A stretch of DNA of 64,000 bases from Eledone cirrhosa (Eukaryota): the NCBI GenBank assembly GCA_964016885.1, contig OZ024744.1, positions 1,364,001 to 1,428,000 on the forward strand, written 5' to 3'. The notes under the pieces were generated by a model, which searched no databases, was not told the DNA's origin, and saw nothing but the letters and a program-made list of their open reading frames with translations. Position 1 is the first letter of the stretch; the number at the start of each line of letters is the position of its first letter. Positions 26,601-38,872 of the stretch are shown piece after piece. Both the position numbers and the translations under genes were made by a program.

Positions 26601-27169
26601 TCTTCACCAAGCTATCTTTCTCTACCTTGTCTTCCCCCAAAACTTCGTTCTTCACCAAGCTATCTTTCTCTACCTTGTCTTCCCACAAAACTTCGTTCTT
26701 CACCAAGCTATCTTTCTCTACCTTGTCTTCCCACAAAACGTCGTTCTTCACCAAGCTATCTTTCTCTACTTTGTCTTCCCTCAAAACTTCGTTCTTCACC
26801 AAGCTATCTTTCTCTACCTTGTCTTCCCCCAAAACTTCGTTCTTCACCAAGCTATCTTTCTCTCCCTTGTCTTCCCTCAAAACTTCGTTCTTCACCAAGC
26901 TATCTTTTTCGACCTTGTCTTCCCCCAAAACTTCGTTATTCACCAAGCTATCTTTCTCTACCTCGTCTTCCCACAAAACTTCGTTCTTCACCAAGCTATC
27001 TTTCTCTACCTTGTCTTCCCCCAAAACTTCGTTCTTCACCAAGCTATCTTTCACGACCTTGTCTTCCCTCAAAACGTCGTTCTTCACCAAGCTATCTTTC
27101 TCTACCTTGTCTTCCCCCAAAACTTCGTTCTTCACCAAGCTATCTTTCTCTACCTTGTCTTCCCCCAAA

Positions 27170-29110
27170 ACTTCGTTCTTCACCAAGCTATCTTTCTCTA
27201 CTTTGTCTTCCCTCAAAACGTCGTTCTTCACCAAGCTATCTTTCTCTACCTTGTCTTCCCCCAAAACTTCGTTCTTCACCAAGCTATCTTTCTCTACCTT
27301 GTCTTCCCTCAAAACTTCGTTCTTCACCAAGCTATCTTTTTCGACCTTGTCTTCCCCCAAAACTTCGTTATTCACCAAGCTATCTTTCTCTACCTCGTCT
27401 TCCCCAAAAACTTCGTTCTTCACCAAGCTATCTTTCTCTACCTTGTCTTCCCCCAAAACTTCGTTCTTCACCAAGCTATCTTTCACGACCTTGTCTTCCT
27501 TCAAAACGTCGTTCTTCACCAAGCTATCTTTCTCTACCTTGTCTTCCCCCAAAACTTCGTTCTTCACCAAGCTATCTTTCTCTACCTTGTCTTCCCCCAA
27601 AACTTCGTTCTTCACCAAGCTATCTTTCTCTACCTCGTCTTCCCTCAAAACTTCGTTCTTCACCAAGCTATCTTTCTCTACCTTGTCTTCCCCCAAAACT
27701 TTGTTCTTCACCAAGCTATCTTTCTCTACCTTGTCTTCCCCCAAAACTTCGTTCTTCACCAAGCTATCTTTCTCTACCTTGTCTTCCCCTAAAACTTCGT
27801 TCTTCACCAAGCTATCTTTCTCTAGCTTGTCTTCATACAAAACTTCGTTCTTCACCAAGCTATCTTTCTCTACCTTGTCTTCCCACAAAACGTTATTCTT
27901 CACCAAGCTATCTTTCTCTACCCTGTCTTCCGTCAAAACTTCGTTCTTCACCAAGCTATCTTTCTCTACCTTGTCTTCCCTCAAACCTTCGTTCTTCACC
28001 AAGCTATCTTTCTCTACCTTGTCTTCCCCCAAAACTTCGTTATTCACCAAGCTATCTTTCTCTACCTCGTCTTCCCACAAAACTTCGTTCTTCACCAAGC
28101 TATCTTTCTCTACCTTGTCTTCCCCCAAAACTTCGTTCTTCACCAAGCTATCTTTCTCTACTTTGTCTTCCCTCAAAACTTCGTTCTTCACCAAGCTATC
28201 TTTCTCTACCTTGTCTTCCCCCAAAACTTCGTTCTTCACCAAGCTATCTTTCTCTACCTTGTCTTCCCTCAAAACTTCGTTCTTCACCAAGCTATCTTTT
28301 TCGACCTTGTCTTCCCCCAAAACTTCGTTATTCACCAAGCTATCTTTCTCTACCTCGTCTTCCCCCAAAACTTCGTTCTTCACCAAGCTATCTTTCTCTA
28401 CCTTGTCTTCCCCCAAAACTTCGTTCTTCACCAAGCTATCTTTCACGACCTTGTCTTCCCTCAAAACGTCGTTCTTCACCAAGCTATCTTTCTCTACCTT
28501 GTCTTCCCCCAAAACTTCGTTCTTCACCAAGCTATCTTTCTCTACCTTGTCTTCCCCCAAAACTTCGTTCTTCACCAAGCTATCATTCTCTACCTCGTCT
28601 TCCCTCAAAACTTCGTTCTTCACCAAGCTATCTTTCTCTACCTTGTCTTCCCCCAAAACTTTGTTCTTCACCAAGCTATCTTTCTCTACCTTGTCTTCCC
28701 CCAAAACTTCGTTCTTCACCAAGCTATCTTTCTCTACCTTGTCTTCCCCTAAAACTTCGTTCTTCACCAAGCTATCTTTCTCTAGCTTGTCTTCATACAA
28801 AACTTCGTTCTTCACCAAGCTATCTTTCTCTACCTTGTCTTCCCACAAAACGTTATTCTTCACCAAGCTATCTTTCTCTACCCTGTCTTCCGTCAAAACT
28901 TCGTTCTTCACCAAGCTATCTTTCTCTACCTTGTCTTCCCTCAAACCTTCGTTCTTCACCAAGCTATCTTTCTCTACCTTGTCTTCCCCCAAAACTTCGT
29001 TATTCACCAAGCTATCTTTCTCTACCTCGTCTTCCCACAAAACTTCGTTCTTCACCAAGCTATCTTTCTCTACCTTGTCTTCCCCCAAAACTTCGTTCTT
29101 CACCAAGCTA
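27170..29110. repeat. Tandem duplication, period 960 bp (20 monomers)
   Basis: Sequence lines 27781-28140 and 28741-29100 read identically, including the variant series CCCTAAAA / TAGC-CATAC / ACGTTATT / ACCCTG-CCGTC / AAACCTTCG. Confidence 0.85.
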
Positions 29111-32099
29111 TCTTTCACGACCTTGTCTTCCCTCAAAACGTCGTTCTTCACCAAGCTATCTTTCTCTACCTTGTCTTCCCCCAAAACTTCGTTCTTCACC
29201 AAGCTATCTTTCTCTACCCTGTCTTCCCCCAAAACTTCGTTCTTCACCAAGCTATCTTTCTCTACCTCGTCTTCCCTCAAAACTTCGTTCTTCACCAAGC
29301 TATCTTTCTCTACCTTGTCTTCCCTCAAAACTTCGTTCTTCACCAAGCTATCTTTCTCTACCTTGTCTTCCCCCAAAACTTCGTTCTTCACCAAGCTATC
29401 TTTCTCTACCTTGTCTTCCCTCAAAACTTCGTTCTTCACCAAGCTATCTTTTTCGACCTTGTCTTCCCCCAAAACTTCGTTATTCACCAAGCTATCTTTC
29501 TCTACCTCGTCTTCCCCCAAAACTTCGTTCTTCACCAAGCTATCTTTCTCTACCTTGTCTTCCCCCAAAACTTCGTTCTTCACCAAGCTATCTTTCACGA
29601 CCTTGTCTTCCCTCAAAACGTCGTTCTTCACCAAGCTATCTTTCTCTACCTTGTCTTCCCCCAAAACTTCGTTCTTCACCAAGCTATCTTTCTCTACCTT
29701 GTCTTCCCCCAAAACTTCGTTCTTCACCAAGCTATCTTTCTCTACCTCGTCTTCCCTCAAAACTTCGTTCTTCACCAAGCTATCTTTCTCTACCTTGTCT
29801 TCCCCCAAAACTTTGTTCTTCACCAAGCTATCTTTCTCTACCTTGTCTTCCCCCAAAACTTCGTTCTTCACCAAGCTATCTTTCTCTACCTTGTCTTCCC
29901 CTAAAACTTCGTTCTTCACCAAGCTATCTTTCTCTAGCTTGTCTTCATACAAAACTTCGTTCTTCACCAAGCTATCTTTCTCTACCTTGTCTTCCCACAA
30001 AACGTTATTCTTCACCAAGCTATCTTTCTCTACCCTGTCTTCCGTCAAAACTTCGTTCTTCACCAAGCTATCTTTCTCTACCTTGTCTTCCCTCAAACCT
30101 TCGTTCTTCACCAAGCTATCTTTCTCTACCTTGTCTTCCCCCAAAACTTCGTTCTTCACCAAGCTATCTTTCTCTACATTGTCTTCCCCAAAACTTCGTT
30201 CTTCACCAAGCTATCTTTCTCTACCTTGTCTTCCCCCAAAACTTCCTTGTTCACCAAGCTATCTTTCTCTACCTCGTCTTCCCCCAAAACTTCGTTCTTC
30301 ACCAAGCTATCTTTCTCTACCTTGTCTTCCCCCAAAACTTCGTTCTTCACCAAGCTATCTTTCTCTACCTTGTCTTCCCACAAAACTTCGTTCTTCACCA
30401 AGCTATCTTTCTCTACCTTGTCTTCCCACAAAACGTCGTTCTTCACCAAGCTATCTTTCTCTACTTTGTCTTCCCTCAAAACTTCGTTCTTCACCAAGCT
30501 ATCTTTCTCTACCTTGTCTTCCCCCAAAACTTCGTTCTTCACCAAGCTATCTTTCTCTCCCTTGTCTTCCCTCAAAACTTCGTTCTTCACCAAGCTATCT
30601 TTTTCGACCTTGTCTTCCCCCAAAACTTCGTTATTCACCAAGCTATCTTTCTCTACCTCGTCTTCCCCCAAAACTTCGTTCTTCACCAAGCTATCTTTCT
30701 CTACCTTGTCTTCCCCCAAAACTTCGTTCTTCACCAAGCTATCTTTCACGACCTTGTCTTCCCTCAAAACGTCGTTCTTCACCAAGCTATCTTTCTCTAC
30801 CTTGTCTTCCCCCAAAACTTCGTTCTTCACCAAGCTATCTTTCTCTACCTTGTCTTCCCCCAAAACTTCGTTCTTCACCAAGCTATCTTTCTCTACCTCG
30901 TCTTCCCTCAAAACTTCGTTCTTCACCAAGCTATCTTTCTCTACCTTGTCTTCCCCCAAAACTTTGTTCTTCACCAAGCTATCTTTCTCTACCTTGTCTT
31001 CCCCCAAAACTTCGTTCTTCACCAAGCTATCTTTCTCTACCTTGTCTTCCCCTAAAACTTCGTTCTTCACCAAGCTATCTTTCTCTAGCTTGTCTTCATA
31101 CAAAATTTCGTTCTTCACCAAGCTATCTTTCTCTACCTTGTCTTCCCACAAAACGTCATTCTTCACCAAGCTATCTTTCTCTACCTTGTCTTCCGTCAAA
31201 ACTTCGTTCTTCACCAAGCTATCTTTCTCTAACTTGTCTTCCCTCAAAACGTCGTTCTTCACCAAGCTATCTTTCTCTACCTTGTCTTCCCCCAAAACTT
31301 CGTTCTTCACCAAGCTATCTTTCTCTACCTTGTCTTCCCCCAAAACTTCGTTCTTCGCAAGCTATCTTTCTCTACCTTGTCTTCTCCCAAAACTTCGTTA
31401 TTCACCAAGCTATCTTTCTCTACCTTGTCTTCCCCCAAAACTTCGTTCTTCACCAAGCTATCTTTCTCTACCTTGTCTTCCCCCAAAACTTCGTTCTTCA
31501 CCAAGCTATCTTTCTCTACCTTGTCTTCCCCCAAAACTTCTTTCTACACCAAGTCATCTTTCTCTACCTTGTCATCCCTCAAAACTTCGTTCTTCACCAA
31601 TCTATCTTTCTCTGCCTTGTCTTCCCCCAAAACTTCGTTCTTCACCAAGCTATCTTTCTCTACCTTGTCTTCACACAAAACTTCGTTCTTCACCAAGCTA
31701 TCTTTCTCTACCTTGTCTTCCCTCAGAACTTCGTTCTTCACCAAGCTATCTTTCTCTACCTTGTCTTCCCCCAAAACTTCGTTCTTCACCAAGCTATCTT
31801 TCTCTACCTTGTCTTTCATCAAAACGTCGTTCTTCACCAAGCTCTCTTTCTCTACCTTGTCTTCCCCCAAAACTTCGTTCTTCACCAAGCTATCTTTCTC
31901 TACCTTGTCTTCCCCCAAAACTTCGTTCTTCACCAAGCTATCTTTTTCTACCTTGTCTTCCCTCAAAACATCGTTCTTCACCAAGCTATCTTTCTCTACC
32001 TTGTCTTCCCTCAAAACTTCGTTCTTCACCAAGCTATCTTTCTCTACCTTGTCTTCCCCCAAAACTTCGTTCTTCACCAAGCTATCTTTCTCTACCTTG

Positions 32100-34580
32100 T
32101 CTTCTCCCAAAACTTCGTTATTCACCAAGCTATCTTTCTCTACCTTGTCTTCCCTCAAAACTTCGTTCTTCACCAAGCTATCTTTCTCTACCTTGTCTTC
32201 CCCCAAAACTTCGTTCTTCACCAAGTCATCTTTCTCTACCTTGTCATCCCTCAAAACTTTGTTCTTCACCAATCTATCTTTCTCTACCTTGTCTTCCCCC
32301 AAAACTTCGTTCTTCACCAAGCTATCTTTCTCTAGCTTGTCTTCACACAAAACTTCGTTCTTCACCAAGATATCTTTCTCTACCTTGTCTTCTCCCAAAA
32401 CTTCGTTCTTCACCAAGCTATCTTTCTCTACCTTGCCTTCCCTCAGAACTTCGTTCTTCAACAAGCTATCTTTCTCTACCTTGTCTTCCCCCAAAACTTC
32501 GTTCTTCACCAAGCTATCTTTCTCTACCTTGTCTTCCCCCAAAACTTCGTTCTTCACCAAGCTATCTTTCTCTACCTTGTCTTCCCACAAAACTTCGTTC
32601 TTCACCAAGCTATCTTTCTCTACCTTGTCTTCCCACAAAACGTCGTTCTTCACCAAGCTATCTTTCTCTACCTTGTCTTCCCACAAAACGTCATTCTTCA
32701 CCAAGCTATCTTTCTCTACCTTGTCTTCCCCCAAAACTTCCTTGTTCACCAAGCTATCTTTCTCTACCTCGTCTTCCCCCAAAACTTCGTTCTTCACCAA
32801 GCTATCTTTCTCTACCTTGTCTTCCCCCAAAACTTCGTTCTTCACCAAGCTATCTTTCTCTACCTTGTCTTCCCACAAAACTTCGTTCTTCACCAAGCTA
32901 TCTTTCTCTACCTTGTCTTCCCACAAAACGTCGTTCTTCACCAAGCTATCTTTCTCTACTTTGTCTTCCCTCAAAACTTCGTTCTTCACCAAGCTATCTT
33001 TCTCTACCTTGTCTTCCCCCAAAACTTCGTTCTTCACCAAGCTATCTTTCTCTCCCTTGTCTTCCCTCAAAACTTCGTTCTTCACCAAGCTATCTTTTTC
33101 GACCTTGTCTTCCCCCAAAACTTCGTTATTCACCAAGCTATCTTTCTCTACCTCGTCTTCCCCCAAAACTTCGTTCTTCACCAAGCTATCTTTCTCTACC
33201 TTGTCTTCCCCTAAAACTTCGTTCTTCACCAAGCTATCTTTCTCTAGCTTGTCTTCATACAAAACTTCGTTCTTCACCAAGCTATCTTTCTCTACCTTGT
33301 CTTCCCACAAAACGTTATTCTTCACCAAGCTATCTTTTTCGACCTTGTCTTCTCCCAAAACTTCGTTATTCACCAAGCTATCTTTCTCTACCTTGTCTTC
33401 CCTCAAAACTTCGTTCTTCACCAAGCTATCTTTCTCTACCTTGTCTTCCCCCAAAACTTCGTTCTTCACCAAGTCATCTTTCTCTACCTTGTCATCCCTC
33501 AAAACTTTGTTCTTCACCAATCTATCTTTCTCTACCTTGTCTTCCCCCAAAACTTCGTTCTTCACCAAGCTATCTTTCTCTAGCTTGTCTTCACACAAAA
33601 CTTCGTTCTTCACCAAGATATCTTTCTCTACCTTGTCTTCTCCCAAAACTTCGTTCTTCACCAAGCTATCTTTCTCTACCTTGCCTTCCCTCAGAACTTC
33701 GTTCTTCAACAAGCTATCTTTCTCTACCTTGTCTTCCCCCAAAACTTCGTTCTTCACCAAGCTATCTTTCTCTACCTTGTCTTCCCCCAAAACTTCGTTC
33801 TTCACCAAGCTATCTTTCTCTACCTTGTCTTCCCACAAAACTTCGTTCTTCACCAAGCTATCTTTCTCTACCTTGTCTTCCCACAAAACGTCGTTCTTCA
33901 CCAAGCTATCTTTCTCTACCTTGTCTTCCCACAAAACGTCATTCTTCACCAAGCTATCTTTCTCTACCTTGTCTTCCCCCAAAACTTCCTTGTTCACCAA
34001 GCTATCTTTCTCTACCTCGTCTTCCCCCAAAACTTCGTTCTTCACCAAGCTATCTTTCTCTACCTTGTCTTCCCCCAAAACTTCGTTCTTCACCAAGCTA
34101 TCTTTCTCTACCTTGTCTTCCCACAAAACTTCGTTCTTCACCAAGCTATCTTTCTCTACCTTGTCTTCCCACAAAACGTCGTTCTTCACCAAGCTATCTT
34201 TCTCTACTTTGTCTTCCCTCAAAACTTCGTTCTTCACCAAGCTATCTTTCTCTACCTTGTCTTCCCCCAAAACTTCGTTCTTCACCAAGCTATCTTTCTC
34301 TCCCTTGTCTTCCCTCAAAACTTCGTTCTTCACCAAGCTATCTTTTTCGACCTTGTCTTCCCCCAAAACTTCGTTATTCACCAAGCTATCTTTCTCTACC
34401 TCGTCTTCCCCCAAAACTTCGTTCTTCACCAAGCTATCTTTCTCTACCTTGTCTTCCCCTAAAACTTCGTTCTTCACCAAGCTATCTTTCTCTAGCTTGT
34501 CTTCATACAAAACTTCGTTCTTCACCAAGCTATCTTTCTCTACCTTGTCTTCCCACAAAACGTTATTCTTCACCAAGCTA
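32100..34580. repeat. Tandem duplication, period 1248 bp (26 monomers)
   Basis: AAGTCATC...GTCATCCC...CTTTGTT...AATCTA occurs at about 32223 and 33471. The subsequent variant order is identical through ACGTTATT at about 33312/34560. Confidence 0.85.
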
Positions 34581-37500
34581 TCTTTCTCTACCCTGTCTTC
34601 CGTCAAAACTTCGTTCTTCACCAAGCTATCTTTCTCTACCTTGTCTTCCCTCAAACCTTCGTTCTTCACCAAGCTATCTTTCTCTACCTTGTCTTCCCCC
34701 AAAACTTCGTTCTTCACCAAGCTATCTTTCTCTACATTGTCTTCCCCAAAACTTCGTTCTTCACCAAGCTATCTTTCTCTACCTTGTCTTCCCCCAAAAC
34801 TTCCTTGTTCACCAAGCTATCTTTCTCTACCTCGTCTTCCCCCAAAACTTCGTTCTTCACCAAGCTATCTTTCTCTACCTTGTCTTCCCCCAAAACTTCG
34901 TTCTTCACCAAGCTATCTTTCTCTACCTTGTCTTCCCACAAAACTTCGTTCTTCACCAAGCTATCTTTCTCTACCTTGTCTTCCCACAAAACGTCGTTCT
35001 TCACCAAGCTATCTTTCTCTACTTTGTCTTCCCTCAAAACTTCGTTCTTCACCAAGCTATCTTTCTCTACCTTGTCTTCCCCCAAAACTTCGTTCTTCAC
35101 CAAGCTATCTTTCTCTCCCTTGTCTTCCCTCAAAACTTCGTTCTTCACCAAGCTATCTTTTTCGACCTTGTCTTCCCCCAAAACTTCGTTATTCACCAAG
35201 CTATCTTTCTCTACCTCGTCTTCCCCCAAAACTTCGTTCTTCACCAAGCTATCTTTCTCTACCTTGTCTTCCCCCAAAACTTCGTTCTTCACCAAGCTAT
35301 CTTTCACGACCTTGTCTTCCCTCAAAACGTCGTTCTTCACCAAGCTATCTTTCTCTACCTTGTCTTCCCCCAAAACTTCGTTCTTCACCAAGCTATCTTT
35401 CTCTACCTTGTCTTCCCCCAAAACTTCGTTCTTCACCAAGCTATCTTTCTCTACCTCGTCTCCCCTCAAAACTTCGTTCTTCACCAAGCTATCTTTCTCT
35501 ACCTTGTCTTCCCCCAAAACTTTGTTCTTCACCAAGCTATCTTTCTCTACCTTGTCTTCCCCCAAAACTTCGTTCTTCACCAAGCTATCTTTCTCTACCT
35601 TGTCTTCCCCTAAAACTTCGTTCTTCACCAAGCTATCTTTCTCTAGCTTGTCTTCATACAAAATTTCGTTCTTCACCAAGCTATCTTTCTCTACCTTGTC
35701 TTCCCACAAAACGTCATTCTTCACCAAGCTATCTTTCTCTACCTTGTCTTCCGTCAAAACTTCGTTCTTCACCAAGCTATCTTTCTCTAACTTGTCTTCC
35801 CCCAAAACTTCCTTGTTCACCAAGCTATCTTTCTCTACCTCGTCTTCCCCCAAAACTTCGTTCTTCACCAAGCTATCTTTCTCTACCTTGTCTTCCCCCA
35901 AAACTTCGTTCTTCACCAAGCTATCTTTCTCTACCTTGTCTTCCCACAAAACTTCGTTCTTCACCAAGCTATCTTTCTCTACCTTGTCTTCCCACAAAAC
36001 GTCGTTCTTCACCAAGCTATCTTTCTCTACTTTGTCTTCCCTCAAAACTTCGTTCTTCACCAAGCTATCTTTCTCTACCTTGTCTTCCCCCAAAACTTCG
36101 TTCTTCACCAAGCTATCTTTCTCTCCCTTGTCTTCCCTCAAAACTTCGTTCTTCACCAAGCTATCTTTTTCGACCTTGTCTTCCCCCAAAACTTCGTTAT
36201 TCACCAAGCTATCTTTCTCTACCTCGTCTTCCCCCAAAACTTCGTTCTTCACCAAGCTATCTTTCTCTACCTTGTCTTCCCCTAAAACTTCGTTCTTCAC
36301 CAAGCTATCTTTCTCTAGCTTGTCTTCATACAAAACTTCGTTCTTCACCAAGCTATCTTTCTCTACCTTGTCTTCCCACAAAACGTTATTCTTCACCAAG
36401 CTATCTTTTTCGACCTTGTCTTCTCCCAAAACTTCGTTATTCACCAAGCTATCTTTCTCTACCTTGTCTTCCCTCAAAACTTCGTTCTTCACCAAGCTAT
36501 CTTTCTCTACCTTGTCTTCCCCCAAAACTTCGTTCTTCACCAAGTCATCTTTCTCTACCTTGTCATCCCTCAAAACTTTGTTCTTCACCAATCTATCTTT
36601 CTCTACCTTGTCTTCCCCCAAAACTTCGTTCTTCACCAAGCTATCTTTCTCTAGCTTGTCTTCACACAAAACTTCGTTCTTCACCAAGATATCTTTCTCT
36701 ACCTTGTCTTCTCCCAAAACTTCGTTCTTCACCAAGCTATCTTTCTCTACCTTGCCTTCCCTCAGAACTTCGTTCTTCAACAAGCTATCTTTCTCTACCT
36801 TGTCTTCCCCCAAAACTTCGTTCTTCACCAAGCTATCTTTCTCTACCTTGTCTTCCCCCAAAACTTCGTTCTTCACCAAGCTATCTTTCTCTACCTTGTC
36901 TTCCCACAAAACTTCGTTCTTCACCAAGCTATCTTTCTCTACCTTGTCTTCCCACAAAACGTCGTTCTTCACCAAGCTATCTTTCTCTACCTTGTCTTCC
37001 CACAAAACGTCATTCTTCACCAAGCTATCTTTCTCTACCTTGTCTTCCCCCAAAACTTCCTTGTTCACCAAGCTATCTTTCTCTACCTCGTCTTCCCCCA
37101 AAACTTCGTTCTTCACCAAGCTATCTTTCTCTACCTTGTCTTCCCCCAAAACTTCGTTCTTCACCAAGCTATCTTTCTCTACCTTGTCTTCCCACAAAAC
37201 TTCGTTCTTCACCAAGCTATCTTTCTCTACCTTGTCTTCCCACAAAACGTCGTTCTTCACCAAGCTATCTTTCTCTACTTTGTCTTCCCTCAAAACTTCG
37301 TTCTTCACCAAGCTATCTTTCTCTACCTTGTCTTCCCCCAAAACTTCGTTCTTCACCAAGCTATCTTTCTCTCCCTTGTCTTCCCTCAAAACTTCGTTCT
37401 TCACCAAGCTATCTTTTTCGACCTTGTCTTCCCCCAAAACTTCGTTATTCACCAAGCTATCTTTCTCTACCTCGTCTTCCCCCAAAACTTCGTTCTTCAC

Positions 37501-38872
37501 CAAGCTATCTTTCTCTACCTTGTCTTCCCCTAAAACTTCGTTCTTCACCAAGCTATCTTTCTCTAGCTTGTCTTCATACAAAACTTCGTTCTTCACCAAG
37601 CTATCTTTCTCTACCTTGTCTTCCCACAAAACGTTATTCTTCACCAAGCTATCTTTCTCTACCCTGTCTTCCGTCAAAACTTCGTTCTTCACCAAGCTAT
37701 CTTTCTCTACCTTGTCTTCCCTCAAACCTTCGTTCTTCACCAAGCTATCTTTCTCTACCTTGTCTTCCCCCAAAACTTCGTTCTTCACCAAGCTATCTTT
37801 CTCTACATTGTCTTCCCCAAAACTTCGTTCTTCACCAAGCTATCTTTCTCTACCTTGTCTTCCCCCAAAACTTCCTTGTTCACCAAGCTATCTTTCTCTA
37901 CCTCGTCTTCCCCCAAAACTTCGTTCTTCACCAAGCTATCTTTCTCTACCTTGTCTTCCCCCAAAACTTCGTTCTTCACCAAGCTATCTTTCTCTACCTT
38001 GTCTTCCCACAAAACTTCGTTCTTCACCAAGCTATCTTTCTCTACCTTGTCTTCCCACAAAACGTCGTTCTTCACCAAGCTATCTTTCTCTACTTTGTCT
38101 TCCCTCAAAACTTCGTTCTTCACCAAGCTATCTTTCTCTACCTTGTCTTCCCCCAAAACTTCGTTCTTCACCAAGCTATCTTTCTCTCCCTTGTCTTCCC
38201 TCAAAACTTCGTTCTTCACCAAGCTATCTTTTTCGACCTTGTCTTCCCCCAAAACTTCGTTATTCACCAAGCTATCTTTCTCTACCTCGTCTTCCCCCAA
38301 AACTTCGTTCTTCACCAAGCTATCTTTCTCTACCTTGTCTTCCCCCAAAACTTCGTTCTTCACCAAGCTATCTTTCACGACCTTGTCTTCCCTCAAAACG
38401 TCGTTCTTCACCAAGCTATCTTTCTCTACCTTGTCTTCCCCCAAAACTTCGTTCTTCACCAAGCTATCTTTCTCTACCTTGTCTTCCCCCAAAACTTCGT
38501 TCTTCACCAAGCTATCTTTCTCTACCTCGTCTCCCCTCAAAACTTCGTTCTTCACCAAGCTATCTTTCTCTACCTTGTCTTCCCCCAAAACTTTGTTCTT
38601 CACCAAGCTATCTTTCTCTACCTTGTCTTCCCCCAAAACTTCGTTCTTCACCAAGCTATCTTTCTCTACCTTGTCTTCCCCTAAAACTTCGTTCTTCACC
38701 AAGCTATCTTTCTCTAGCTTGTCTTCATACAAAATTTCGTTCTTCACCAAGCTATCTTTCTCTACCTTGTCTTCCCACAAAACGTCATTCTTCACCAAGC
38801 TATCTTTCTCTACCTTGTCTTCCGTCAAAACTTCGTTCTTCACCAAGCTATCTTTCTCTAACTTGTCTTCCC
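32720..38872. repeat. Tandem duplication, period 3071 bp (64 monomers - 1), containing the junction of the 1248-bp duplication
   Basis: ORF ends 34720/37791, 34732/37803 and 35613/38684. The junction monomer ACGTTATT...TTTTTCGACCTTGTCTTCTCCC occurs at about 33312/36383, and CCTCGTCTCCCCTC at about 35454/38525. Confidence 0.9.
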